Shown here: positions 49,174 to 58,592 of the stretch, piece after piece
Numbering within the stretch: position 1 is the first letter of the stretch
Layout: each line of letters begins with the position of its first letter
Assembly (NCBI GenBank): GCA_964555245.1
Contig: CAZKRI010000051.1
Span: 57,755-121,754 of the forward strand
Reading direction: 5' to 3'
DNA length: 64,000 bases
From: an uncultured Myxococcales bacterium
GTDB lineage: Bacteria > Desulfobacterota > Binatia > UBA1149 > SPBQ01
Program-made: the position numbers and the translations under genes
The notes under the pieces: generated by a model
Databases searched by the model: none
What the model saw: the letters and a program-made list of their open reading frames with translations, nothing else
What the model was told of the DNA's origin: nothing

Positions 49174-51102
49174 GTGCCGTCTCCTGTGGAAAGCACGAAG
49201 AGCCCGAGTGTCGATCTCGACGCGGCGGTGCGGAGCCTCGGGTACGACGCATTTCGGCCCGGCCAACGCGAAGCTGTGGAGACGCTGCTTGCCGAACGTC
49301 GTCTCTTGCTCGTGGCACCCACCGGCGGCGGTAAGAGCCTGATCTACCAGCTCACCGCGACGCTCTTCCCAGGTACGACGCTCGTGATCTCGCCGCTGGT
49401 GGCGCTCATGCACGACCAGGTCGAGGCGCTGACGGCGCGCGGCGTGCCGGCGACGTACCTCGCCGCGACGCTCGAGGGCGACGAGCTTCGCGCGCGCACC
49501 CGGCGCGTCGCCTCCGGCGAGCTGAAGCTCGTATACGTGGCCCCCGAGCGCTTGGCCTTCGAAGGCTTCCGCGCCCTGGTCGGCAAGATCGCCTGTCCGC
49601 TCATCGCCGTCGACGAGGCGCACTGCATCAGCGAGTGGGGTCACGACTTCCGGCCCGAGTACATGCAGATCGGCGAACTGGTCCGCCAGCTCCCTGACGC
49701 GCGCGTCTTGGCGTGCACGGCCACGGCCACGCCGATCGTTCGCGACGAGATCGTCGAGCGCCTCGGCCTCAATGCTGACACGCCGCAGCTCGTTCGCGGC
49801 TTTGCCCGCCCGAACCTCTCACTGCGGGTGCGCGAGGTAAGGTCGCGACGCGAGCGCGACCTCTATCTCGACGCGGCCCTGGCCGAGGCGCTGGCAAGTC
49901 CGGGCAAGGGACGCGGCACCGCGATCGTCTATTCGCCGACGCGGCGTCTGTGCGAGCAGGAAGCGGCCCGACTCGAGGCCGCGGGCTGGCGTGCTGCGGC
50001 GTACCACGCAGGGATGGACGGGGCCGGTCGAGAGCGCGTTCAGCAGGAGTTCCAGGACGCGCTCCTCGAGGTCGTGGTCGCTACGAACGCGTTCGGCATG
50101 GGCATCGATCGCCCCGACGTCCGGCTCGTCGCGCATCTGGCGCCGCCCGGGTCGGTCGAGGCGTACTATCAAGAAGTCGGACGCGCCGGGCGCGACGGAG
50201 CCGACGCGATCGGGCTCCTCACCGTTTCGGCCGGCGACATGGCGCTGCGCCGCCGCCTGATCGAGAGTGCAAGCGAAGGGCGCGCGCCGGATCCCGCGAT
50301 TGTTCGCCACAAATGGAACCTATTCCTCGAGCTCATGCGCTGGGCCGAAGGCGGGAGCTGCCGGCACGACGCAATCCTTCGCTACTTCGGTGACGAAGAA
50401 GAGACGCTGTCGGGCTGCGGGCGTTGCGACAACTGCCTCGAGCTCGGCGCCAACGCCGCCGCCGATCCCGAAGAGGTATCGCTGATCGTCCGCAAGGCGC
50501 TGAGCGCCGTCGCTCGTGTGCACGGCCGCTTCGGGCTGCAAGCGGCGGCCAAGCTCTTGCGAGGCGCCGACGATCCCAGGCTTTCCGCCGCCGGCCTCGA
50601 CAAGACCAAGACGTTCGGCGCACTGGCCGACCGAAGCGACGACTGGCTGACCCGCTTGCTGCGCCGCTGCGTGACCGCAGGTTGGGTCGACTTCCACGGC
50701 GGCGACCGGCCCGTCGCCGTGCTCACCGAGGACGGCGCCCATGTTATGCACGGCCGCAGGCCCGCTCGGGTCCTGCTGCCGTGCATGCGGAGCGCCAGCG
50801 ATCGCGCTGTGGCTGCACCCGCGACGCGCGGGGCAGCCGTGGCTTCGGCGGCGGCCGCCGCCGACGATCTCGACGAGTGCGGTCGCGCGGTGTTCGAATC
50901 ACTGCGGCGCTACCGACTCGAGCTGAGTCGACGCGAGCATGTGCCGCCGTACGTGATCGCGAGCGACAAGACGCTGCGCGAAATGGCTTCGATGCGCCCG
51001 CGCACCGTCGAAGAGCTACTGCTCGTCCACGGCATCGGCCCGTCCAAAGCGGACAAGTACGGTGCGGGCTTGCTCGACGTGGTCGCGGCCACCGTCAAGT
51101 AA
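49174..51102 (+). CDS. recQ: RecQ family ATP-dependent DNA helicase with HRDC domain
   Basis: PTGGGKS, DEAHCISEWGHDFRPEY, TATAT, ATNAFGMGID, QEVGRAGRDG, Zn-Cys cluster and HRDC. Confidence 0.95.
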   Translation: MPSPVESTKSPSVDLDAAVRSLGYDAFRPGQREAVETLLAERRLLLVAPTGGGKSLIYQLTATLFPGTTLVISPLVALMHDQVEALTARGVPATYLAATLEGDELRARTRRVASGELKLVYVAPERLAFEGFRALVGKIACPLIAVDEAHCISEWGHDFRPEYMQIGELVRQLPDARVLACTATATPIVRDEIVERLGLNADTPQLVRGFARPNLSLRVREVRSRRERDLYLDAALAEALASPGKGRGTAIVYSPTRRLCEQEAARLEAAGWRAAAYHAGMDGAGRERVQQEFQDALLEVVVATNAFGMGIDRPDVRLVAHLAPPGSVEAYYQEVGRAGRDGADAIGLLTVSAGDMALRRRLIESASEGRAPDPAIVRHKWNLFLELMRWAEGGSCRHDAILRYFGDEEETLSGCGRCDNCLELGANAAADPEEVSLIVRKALSAVARVHGRFGLQAAAKLLRGADDPRLSAAGLDKTKTFGALADRSDDWLTRLLRRCVTAGWVDFHGGDRPVAVLTEDGAHVMHGRRPARVLLPCMRSASDRAVAAPATRGAAVASAAAAADDLDECGRAVFESLRRYRLELSRREHVPPYVIASDKTLREMASMRPRTVEELLLVHGIGPSKADKYGAGLLDVVAATVK

Positions 51103-51125
51103 CACGAGGCAAAGCGGCGCGAGCG

Positions 51126-51243
51126 CATCCGCGTTGGAGATGACTGCGACGATTTCGACCGTGCTTTTGGTGACATCGTAAAATCGCCTCACGTCGTCGA
51201 CCCGCAGCCGGTATTGTGGCCGACGCTGGCCGTGCGCCCCGTG
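51126..51243 (-). pseudogene. RelE/ParE-type toxin remnant
   Basis: RPQYRLRVDDVRRFYDVTKSTVEIVAV. Confidence 0.55.
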
Positions 51244-51482
51244 AGGTGCCACGCCGGCTGCGCCTGCGTCACAAACGCTGAATGTCGCTGTGTCGGTCAT
51301 CCATGAATAGTCCCGCTGATGACCCGGACACCTTCAGCGCTCGCTACACGAGCGGAGGCCAGTCTCTTAGCCTAACCCGCCCGGCCGAATAGGACATTTC
51401 GACTCTGTGGGGACAGTCGCTGACGCCGCGCTGCGGGTTCGTGCAGCAGGTCCGGTTCAACTAGGAATTCCGTTGCCGGATT

Positions 51483-51512
51483 CCGGAGGGAGCGCGAGGG
51501 CGCTCCCTCCGG
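51483..51512. terminator. Strong hairpin downstream of the minus-strand gene (terminator-like, no clear U-tract)
   Basis: CCGGAGGGAGCGC-GAGG-GCGCTCCCTCCGG, 13-bp perfect stem. Confidence 0.5.
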
Positions 51513-51534
51513 CTCTGCCGCATGATCTACCGAG

Positions 51535-52233
51535 TCACGGCTTCACGAAGGAGCTTTCGGTGATCGACTGGTTTCCGCTCACGTCGATCGCGAGCACCTC
51601 GAACAGGTTCAGCCCTGACGGGAGAGAGCCCACGAACTCCGGCGACACCGTCACCGACGTGACGTTGCCTGGGACCGTCACCTGAAACGGCTTGACGATG
51701 AGCTGATAGCCGACGATCGAGATCGGCCGGATCGGAAAGCCATCGGGTATCGTCGTTACAGCGTCCCAGCTGATGACCAGCGAATCGTTGGCGCCCAAGA
51801 GCGCGGTGACGTTGCCGGGTCCGTTCGGTACGGCGTGCGACAGCGTCCCCGTGCCCTCGATCTCCTCGTTGTCGACCGTCATGCCCTCGAACTCGTAGTC
51901 CCCCTCCGGGAACAGCGCGAGCAGGTCCTCGAGTGGAAACTCGTCGAGATTGGGCTCCGCGCCCTCGAAGAAGAGCTCGGTCATGCCGAGCAGTTTGTAG
52001 GCCGCCGTGCCCTTGACCTGGAAGATCGTTCTCCCGCTGGGGTTGACGATCTGCAACTGCTTCCAGTCTTCTCCATCGAGCGAGACGTGATAGCCGAGAT
52101 CGTTCGCCGATTGGTTGAACTCGATGTAGATCCTGTGCTCGCTAAACTGGACGGCCCAACTGCGGCTGCTGCCCGCCGACATCAATGCGACGATGGTTGC
52201 GACTGAAACGAGAAACGAGCGTTTCATCATCAT
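51535..52233 (-). CDS. Secreted hypothetical protein with C-terminal Fn3-like beta domain
   Basis: Signal peptide MMMKRSFL...SWA; ISWDAV, GYQLIV and EVLAIDVSGNQS. Confidence 0.75.
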   Translation of the reverse strand: MMMKRSFLVSVATIVALMSAGSSRSWAVQFSEHRIYIEFNQSANDLGYHVSLDGEDWKQLQIVNPSGRTIFQVKGTAAYKLLGMTELFFEGAEPNLDEFPLEDLLALFPEGDYEFEGMTVDNEEIEGTGTLSHAVPNGPGNVTALLGANDSLVISWDAVTTIPDGFPIRPISIVGYQLIVKPFQVTVPGNVTSVTVSPEFVGSLPSGLNLFEVLAIDVSGNQSITESSFVKP

Positions 52234-52367
52234 GGTCCTGTTCTCCTCTGACGAGGGTATTTCCCTCGGTAGAGCAAGTGCGCGGTCACGCCGTAAGGTC
52301 GCGAGATCCGCCTCCGGGCTTGCTCGGTAAGGCGATCCCGGCGTCGCCATCGGTCGGCGTCGTCGGT

Positions 52368-53387
52368 TCATGGGATCGTGAACTCGACCAGCTCGATGCG
52401 GGTCCCGTCGGGCTCGACCTCGAGGATGAGACCGACACCCGCCTTGTAGTGCTTCAGCTCGTTCACGCCCGGCTCGAGCGCAGTAAAGTTGCGCGTCACG
52501 ACACAGTCGTTGTTGCACTGGGCAGCGGGCACCGACTCTGTTCCGGTAATGCTGATGATCTCCGCAACGTCCTCGGCCTCTCCGAGTGAGACCTCCTCAC
52601 GGTACCCCTGCCCAACCTCCGGGTTGACCAGCACGAGCATCCCGGCACTGTCGCCTTCCCGTCCGGCCTTCCACGCGCCGTCGATGTTGACGAGCTCTGC
52701 TTCTTCAGGGTCATCGCCGTCGAAGGTCTCGAAATTCTGCGGGATCTCGCCGCAGTACCAGACGTTGCCGTCCAGGTCCTGAGCGAACCAGTCGTCGGTG
52801 ACCTCGATCACCTGGCCGCCTTCCTCGACCACGTCGTGAACCACGCGACAGGTCACGCCCTCGATCAGCTTGGTCTTGTTCGTTACCGTGTCCGTGATCG
52901 TCTCGTCGCCGCCGGCCCAGACCCACCGAGCGCCGGGAACTAAGGGAAAGTACGGGTTGGGCGCGACGGTGTCGCCGATATCGTCGGGATTGACGAAGTT
53001 GGCGGGGTCGAAATCGGGGTCGTGACGGCGCTGGCCCAGTAGGTCGCAGACGTCCTGTCGGACTTCGCACTGCTCGATGCACTCCCCCTGGGCTTCCTCA
53101 CGCGCCGCACCGGCCTCGGTGGCACACTCACGCCTTCCTTCGGAAAGGTTCCGGCACTTCCCGATCGCTATCCAAAAGTCGTCTCTGGCCTCGGCGCGGC
53201 ACGCTCTCAGCGCCGCGTCAGAGGTACGGGTGCACGCGCCCGGCGGGCTGAGGTCACACTCCTCCTGGGCTCCTGCAGGTGCGCCGCGGCCGGCGAATGC
53301 GAGGACGGCCAGGATCACCGCCAGAACTCGTGCCTTTGCATACCAGCGTTCGCGTCTCTTTCTCATCGTCGAAATATCTCGCGTCAT
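52368..53387 (-). CDS. Secreted hypothetical protein (Cys-rich helical N-domain + NPYFPLVPG domain)
   Basis: AAGGAGGAG RBS; signal peptide ending AGA; 8 Cys in the N-domain. Confidence 0.75.
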   Translation of the reverse strand: MTRDISTMRKRRERWYAKARVLAVILAVLAFAGRGAPAGAQEECDLSPPGACTRTSDAALRACRAEARDDFWIAIGKCRNLSEGRRECATEAGAAREEAQGECIEQCEVRQDVCDLLGQRRHDPDFDPANFVNPDDIGDTVAPNPYFPLVPGARWVWAGGDETITDTVTNKTKLIEGVTCRVVHDVVEEGGQVIEVTDDWFAQDLDGNVWYCGEIPQNFETFDGDDPEEAELVNIDGAWKAGREGDSAGMLVLVNPEVGQGYREEVSLGEAEDVAEIISITGTESVPAAQCNNDCVVTRNFTALEPGVNELKHYKAGVGLILEVEPDGTRIELVEFTIP

Positions 53388-53470
53388 GGGCTTCTCCTCC
53401 TTACACCTCGTGCCATCGCGGGATTGCGGGGGCACCGCGTCCGCAGGCGTTCTACGGACCCACGGACGCG

Positions 53471-53517
53471 TTTGGCACTAAAGCGCCAAATCCATCTTTT
53501 GGCACAATACTGCCAAA
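53471..53517. promoter_or_regulatory. Tandem palindromic operator-like sites
   Basis: TTTGGCA-CTAAAG-CGCCAAA (53471-53490) and TTTGGCA-CAATAC-TGCCAAA (53498-53517). Confidence 0.55.
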
Positions 53518-53737
53518 GCTTGCGGGTTGTCAAGAGGGACGCGCGCGCGGTGGGCCGGCAACGACGACGACCACGCTGCCGCTGGGATGCGCTCCGCAGC
53601 CTTTAACATCAGGCTGCTTGGCCGCCGGGAGGGAACCGGACATTTCCACTGTGAACAGACATGGAAGACCACCCCGCACCACCCGCTGGCCGTCCCGTAG
53701 TCTTAGCGCGGTGCGCAGCGGTAAAGTCGCCACGCCG

Positions 53738-54511
53738 ATGGCCCGGTACGTCTACGACCAGGCGTGGGAGCAGGAGCGCGAGCGCCTGCTCGGGATGGCG
53801 CGGCTCTGGGACGCGGGCACGTTCGCTCTGCTCGAGCGTCTCGGCGTCAGCCCCGGCTGGCGCTGCCTGGAGGTCGGCGCGGGAGTCGGCTCGGTCAGTC
53901 AGTGGCTCGCGCAGCGAGTCGGCCCGCGCGGACGCGTCGTCGCCGCCGACATCGATCCGCGCTACGTCGAGCCGCTCGCGGGCGGGCCGCTGGAGGTCGC
54001 GCGCATCGATGTGCTCGCCGACGACATCGAGCAGAAGGCCTTCGATCTCGTCTACGCGCGGCTGGTGGCCGAGCACCTCGGCTCCGGTGCGGTGTGCCGA
54101 TTGGCAGCCGCCGTCGCGCCGGGCGGCGTGCTACTGCTCGAGGACTACGACATGGCTTCCATGGGCGCATACCCGCCCGATGAGGAGCTAGAGCGCGTTC
54201 CGCGTGCCGTCATCGACTTCATGTCGCGCGCGGGGTTCGATCCGTACTTCGGCCGCCGCCTGCCCTCGGAGCTACGCGCCGCCGGTCTGACGGACGTGCA
54301 CGCCGAGGGTCGCGTGCGTGTCTATGCGGGCGGGACGCCCGACACGGCGTTTGGTCGGCTGTCGCTCGCCGCCCTGCGGGTCCCGCTCGTGCAGTCGGGC
54401 GCGGTCACCGACGAGATGGTCGAGCGTGCGCTCAGCGCATTCGAGGATCCGCAGCGTACCTACCTCAGCCCGACGCTGGTCGCGGCCTGGGGACGCGCCC
54501 GCGTCCACTAA
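53738..54511 (+). CDS. Class I SAM-dependent methyltransferase
   Basis: LEVGAGVG, VAADID and FDLVYARL motifs. Confidence 0.9.
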   Translation: MARYVYDQAWEQERERLLGMARLWDAGTFALLERLGVSPGWRCLEVGAGVGSVSQWLAQRVGPRGRVVAADIDPRYVEPLAGGPLEVARIDVLADDIEQKAFDLVYARLVAEHLGSGAVCRLAAAVAPGGVLLLEDYDMASMGAYPPDEELERVPRAVIDFMSRAGFDPYFGRRLPSELRAAGLTDVHAEGRVRVYAGGTPDTAFGRLSLAALRVPLVQSGAVTDEMVERALSAFEDPQRTYLSPTLVAAWGRARVH

Positions 54512-55148
54512 GAACCAAAGGACGAGCCCCCGGTTCGCGCCATTGCGTCGCTCCCAGGAAGATCACGCGGAGCTGCCGCACGAAGTTCTCCATCAGTTCT
54601 TCTTCCACCTGTGGTTGGTCGGGCGGCAGATCGAGAATGTCGGTCGCTGCGTTGAGCATCGTATTGACGACCAGGCCGCAGATCGTCTGGAGCGTAGGCA
54701 TGGTCAGGCTCGGCAGCAGGTTCAGCTCACGCAGGTCTTGCGCCATCTCGGTGGCGAAGTGCTGCACTTCGTAGCGGATAGCGCGGCGAATCAGCGGCGA
54801 TCCACCCCAACGCTCGCCGGCCATGAACATGATGTGGAGGCGATGCGCCTCGACGAATTGTTCGTAGATCTGCACGGAGTGGCGGATGATGTGCGTCGGC
54901 GGTACGCCGGCTTTGCGCGCCTCGCGAAGTAGCCGCCGTAGCGTCGCGCCTGTCTCCTCCACGAGCGCCAAGCCCAGCTCGTCGACATCCTGAAAGTGCC
55001 GATAAAAGGAGGTTGGTACGACGCCGGCGGCGCGCGTGATCTCGCGCAAGCCAAGGCTCGTGAAGCTGCGGCCCTCGTTCATGAGCCGCAGTGCGGCCTC
55101 GAGCAGGTGGTTGCGCGTGCGCTGCTTGCGCTCGGCGCGCGTGACCAC
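54465..55148 (-). CDS. fabR: TetR family regulator, DesT/FabR-like (start may be 55223)
   Basis: SFTSLGLREITRAAGVVPTSFYRHF; divergent from the desaturase operon. Confidence 0.85.
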   Translation of the reverse strand: MVTRAERKQRTRNHLLEAALRLMNEGRSFTSLGLREITRAAGVVPTSFYRHFQDVDELGLALVEETGATLRRLLREARKAGVPPTHIIRHSVQIYEQFVEAHRLHIMFMAGERWGGSPLIRRAIRYEVQHFATEMAQDLRELNLLPSLTMPTLQTICGLVVNTMLNAATDILDLPPDQPQVEEELMENFVRQLRVIFLGATQWREPGARPLVLSGRGRVPRPRPASG

Positions 55149-55302
55149 GGCTCGGTCGTATAGGTCAGCACCGGTCGGCGGCGCGGCCGGGCGCGTAGCC
55201 GGCTTGCGCTCGGTCTTCCTCACGGAACAGCCCTCATCGCGTCGTAAGCTGGTGAACTCCCTGGTTTTTCCAGCCGCGTCGCAGAATAAGGGGTTCCCCG
55301 TC

Positions 55303-55320
55303 GGTAAACAAGTGTTGACT
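55303..55320. promoter_or_regulatory. DesT/FabR-type operator 1 (overlaps -35 TTGACT)
   Basis: GGTAAACA-AG-TGTTGACT. Confidence 0.7.
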
Positions 55321-55334
55321 GAGTTCGGAAGGAT

Positions 55335-55352
55335 AGTTAACATCTGTTCACT
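55335..55352. promoter_or_regulatory. DesT/FabR-type operator 2 (overlaps -10 TAACAT, 17 bp from -35)
   Basis: AGTTAACA-TC-TGTTCACT. Confidence 0.72.
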
Positions 55353-55355
55353 GAA

Positions 55356-56468
55356 ATGAAACCGACGAACCTCATGCGTCGTAAAACGGCTGAGAGCGGC
55401 GCCGCTGCTTGGGTCTGGCGCAGCTCGTGGCTCAAGCCTTTGAACGACGTCACCGCCATCGACGACTTGCTCGAGCAGGTCCATCCCACCTGGTCGCTCG
55501 GTCAGATCAAAGCGCGCGTGGTTGCGGTGATCTCGGAGACGTCCGATACGCGTAGCCTCGTACTCCGTCCCAATCGCAACTGGCCCGGATCAAAGCCCGG
55601 GCAGCACGTGCTGGTGCACGTGGACATAGACGGCGTGCGCCATATGCGCTGCTACAGTCTGTCGTCGGCGACGGCTCATGACGGTACGGTCGCGATCACC
55701 GTCAAGCGGCAGCCGGACGGCAGAGTTTCGAACTGGCTGCACGACAACGTTGGGGTAGGCGAGGTGCTTACGCTGGGTCGACCGACCGGCGAGTTCGTGC
55801 TGCCCGAGCCGCCGCCGGCGCGGCTGCTGATGCTTTCGGCGGGTAGCGGCATCACGCCACTCATGGGGATGGTGCGCGATCTGCAGCGGCGCGACTACGA
55901 GGGCGACATCGAGTTCGTTCACGCCTGCCGCAGCCGCCAGGGCGCGATCTTCGGCACCGAGCTGGCGGGCCTGACCGAGACTTGGCCTGCGTTCCGTTTG
56001 TGCCCTCACTATTCGCTCGAGAGCGGGAAACTCGAGGTTGCTACGCTGTCGCAGCTAGTGCCCGACTACGCAGAGCGCGACACGCTGTTGTGCGGGCCGC
56101 AGGCCTTCATGGAGATGTTTCTGAAGCACTGGCGGGAGCGCGGTATCGAAGGCCGATTGAGAATCGAGAGGTTCACCGCGCCGGCGATGCACGCCGCGTC
56201 CAGCGAGAATGGGTGCATGAGCGTCCGACTGGCGCGTTCGGAACAAGTGTTCACCGCAAACGGCACCAGCGCGCTGCTGTTCGAAGCCGAACGCGCCGGT
56301 CTCAAGCCCCGTTACGGCTGCCGGATCGGGATCTGTCACACCTGCCAGTGCACCAAGCGAAGCGGGATCGTCGAAAATCTGAAAACCGGACGCGTTTCAT
56401 CGGAGCCTGGCGAGCGCATCCAGCTCTGCATCAGCCGCGCGCGATCGGATCTCATTCTCGAGGCCTAG
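55356..56468 (+). CDS. Ferredoxin reductase partner of acyl-CoA desaturase (FAD/NAD + C-terminal 2Fe-2S)
   Basis: RCYSLSS, AGSGITP, CGP, CRIGICHTC and LCIS motifs. Confidence 0.92.
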   Translation: MKPTNLMRRKTAESGAAAWVWRSSWLKPLNDVTAIDDLLEQVHPTWSLGQIKARVVAVISETSDTRSLVLRPNRNWPGSKPGQHVLVHVDIDGVRHMRCYSLSSATAHDGTVAITVKRQPDGRVSNWLHDNVGVGEVLTLGRPTGEFVLPEPPPARLLMLSAGSGITPLMGMVRDLQRRDYEGDIEFVHACRSRQGAIFGTELAGLTETWPAFRLCPHYSLESGKLEVATLSQLVPDYAERDTLLCGPQAFMEMFLKHWRERGIEGRLRIERFTAPAMHAASSENGCMSVRLARSEQVFTANGTSALLFEAERAGLKPRYGCRIGICHTCQCTKRSGIVENLKTGRVSSEPGERIQLCISRARSDLILEA

Positions 56469-56490
56469 CCCGATGGAAAGAAGCAGGAGG

Positions 56491-57579
56491 ATGAAACAGG
56501 TGAATACCAAGCCGACGTTGGCGCGAGAACAGATCGAAGAGTTCGGCGCCCAATTGGACGCGTTACGGCAAGAGGTCGTTGCAGATCTCGGTGAACGCGA
56601 CGCCGCCTATATCCGCCGTCTCGTGCGTGTCACGCGCCTCAGTGCGGTCGCGGGTCGCAGTCTTCTGATGTTTGGCTTCACGCCGATCAGCTGGACGCTC
56701 GGCGTTGCGACGCTCTCCACGGCCAAGATCCTCGAGAACATGGAAATCGGCCACAACGTGCTGCACGGCCAGTACGATTGGATGAACGATCCGATGCTGG
56801 ATTCGCAGACCTACGAGTGGGACAACGTCTGCGATTCGGGTCAGTGGCGTCACTACCACAACTACGAACACCATACCTTCACCAACGTTCTCGGTAAGGA
56901 CCGCGACATCGGCTACGACTTCCTGCGCGTCAGCGGGGAGCAGAATTGGCGGCCCTGGCACCTGTTCCAACCGCTCTCGTACCTGGTGCTGGCGACCCTC
57001 TTTCAGTGGGGTATAGGCCTGCACGACCTCGATCTCACCCGTGCCCTTGCGGGCAGCGCCGATCGCGCGACCCTGCGGCGAAAATGGCAGGAGTTCCGGC
57101 GCAAGGCCGGTCAGCAGCTGTTCAAGGACTATGTGTTCTTTCCGCTTCTCGCGTTGGGAAATGCGCCGCGCGTGCTTCTCGGCAACGTCGCTGCCAACCT
57201 GGTCCGCAATGTGTGGACCAACGTCATCATCTTCTGCGGTCATTTTCCGGACGGCACGCGGGTCTACACCGAGGAGGAGACGCGCAACGAATCGCGTGGC
57301 GACTGGTACCTGCGCCAGTTACAGGGCTCGGCCAATATCGAGGGCTCGCGTTCGTTCCACATCCTCAGCGGCCACCTCAGCCACCAGATCGAGCACCATC
57401 TTTTCCCGGATCTGCCGGCACATCGCTACCCGGAAATCGCGCGGCGCGTGCGTTCCATCTGTGCGAGCCATGGCCTACCCTACAACACCGGTAGCTTCGG
57501 AAAACAGTACGGCAGCGTGCTGAGGAGCATTGTCAGATACGCGCTACCCGGGCTGGCAGCACGCCCGGCAATGGCCTGA
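56491..57579 (+). CDS. Membrane acyl-CoA desaturase (DesA3/DesB-like)
   Basis: His boxes HNVLH, HYHNYEHH and QIEHH; AGGAGG RBS. Confidence 0.93.
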   Translation: MKQVNTKPTLAREQIEEFGAQLDALRQEVVADLGERDAAYIRRLVRVTRLSAVAGRSLLMFGFTPISWTLGVATLSTAKILENMEIGHNVLHGQYDWMNDPMLDSQTYEWDNVCDSGQWRHYHNYEHHTFTNVLGKDRDIGYDFLRVSGEQNWRPWHLFQPLSYLVLATLFQWGIGLHDLDLTRALAGSADRATLRRKWQEFRRKAGQQLFKDYVFFPLLALGNAPRVLLGNVAANLVRNVWTNVIIFCGHFPDGTRVYTEEETRNESRGDWYLRQLQGSANIEGSRSFHILSGHLSHQIEHHLFPDLPAHRYPEIARRVRSICASHGLPYNTGSFGKQYGSVLRSIVRYALPGLAARPAMA

Positions 57580-57590
57580 GGAGACACGCG

Positions 57591-57935
57591 ATGAACAAGC
57601 TGCAGCGACTCGAACTGACCAAGGATCTGATCCAGCAGGCGATCGATCGCGGCGCGACCTCCGCCGAGCAGATCCACCAGTTCATTGCCGATCTGCCGTT
57701 CGAGGTGCTGGAGAAATCCGGTCTCATCGGCGACGACCCGATGCGGCTGCGCCAACGGCAACGTCGCACCATCGGCCTGGTCTACGACGCCATCCGTCGC
57801 ATCAACGCTGACGTCGGGAGCTTTCTCAGTGACCAGATCGAGAACTTGGAGGACAGCCAGGCAATCGCCGATTCGATGAAGCCGCGCACCGTCCCGCGCC
57901 GCAGTTCACGGCATCGCCAGGACAGATCGCAGTAG
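57591..57935 (+). CDS. Hypothetical helical protein in the desaturase operon
   Basis: GAGGAG RBS; 11 bp after the desaturase stop. Confidence 0.75.
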   Translation: MNKLQRLELTKDLIQQAIDRGATSAEQIHQFIADLPFEVLEKSGLIGDDPMRLRQRQRRTIGLVYDAIRRINADVGSFLSDQIENLEDSQAIADSMKPRTVPRRSSRHRQDRSQ

Positions 57936-58026
57936 CACCGTACGATGACCACGGTGTCGGGCGCCTCGGGGGTCGCGTCAGGGTACGCTCTGGGCTACCG
58001 TCCGCTGCTCACGAGAGGAGGATCTC

Positions 58027-58536
58027 ATGAATCCTATCGACGCCATCCAACTGTTCGCCAAGACGCTGCAGAACCTCGAGCGGTGGATGGACAAGGCCAC
58101 CGCGTACGCGAAGGCCCGATCCTTCGAGGTCGACGTGCTCGCCCAGGCCCGCCTGGCGCCGGATCAGTTTGGGTTTGTCCGCCAGGTGCAGTCCGCCTGC
58201 GACCAGGCGAAGTACGCGGCCGCGTACCTCGGCGGCAAGGCGGCGCCGTCCCACCCGGATACGGAGCAGACGTTCGCCGAGCTGCGGCAGCGGATCCAGA
58301 CGTGCCTCAGCTTCCTCGAGACCGTCCAGGCGAAGGACTTGGCCGGAGCCGACGAGCGGAAGGTGGCTCCACCTTGGCTCAGCGGGAAGTGGCTCCGCGG
58401 CGACGACTATCTGGTGCACGTCGCGCTGCCGAATTTCTTCTTCCATGCGACGATGGCGTACGCGATCCTCCGCCACAACGGCGTCGAGCTCGGCAAGATG
58501 GACTACATCGGCTCGATTCCGACGAAGGAAGGCTGA
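58027..58536 (+). CDS. DUF1993 family protein
   Basis: ARLAPDQF, QVQSACD and LPNFFFHATMAYAILRHNGVELGKMDYIG motifs. Confidence 0.9.
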   Translation: MNPIDAIQLFAKTLQNLERWMDKATAYAKARSFEVDVLAQARLAPDQFGFVRQVQSACDQAKYAAAYLGGKAAPSHPDTEQTFAELRQRIQTCLSFLETVQAKDLAGADERKVAPPWLSGKWLRGDDYLVHVALPNFFFHATMAYAILRHNGVELGKMDYIGSIPTKEG

Positions 58537-58592
58537 GCTCGGCCAGCTTTTCGAGGATTTCGTCGGCCCCGCTGGCGGCGCAAGCTCAAGGC

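Noticed and set aside
53403-53420. TGGCAC on the minus strand as a sigma54 promoter
   Set aside because: No GC at -12, and it lies directly against the RBS
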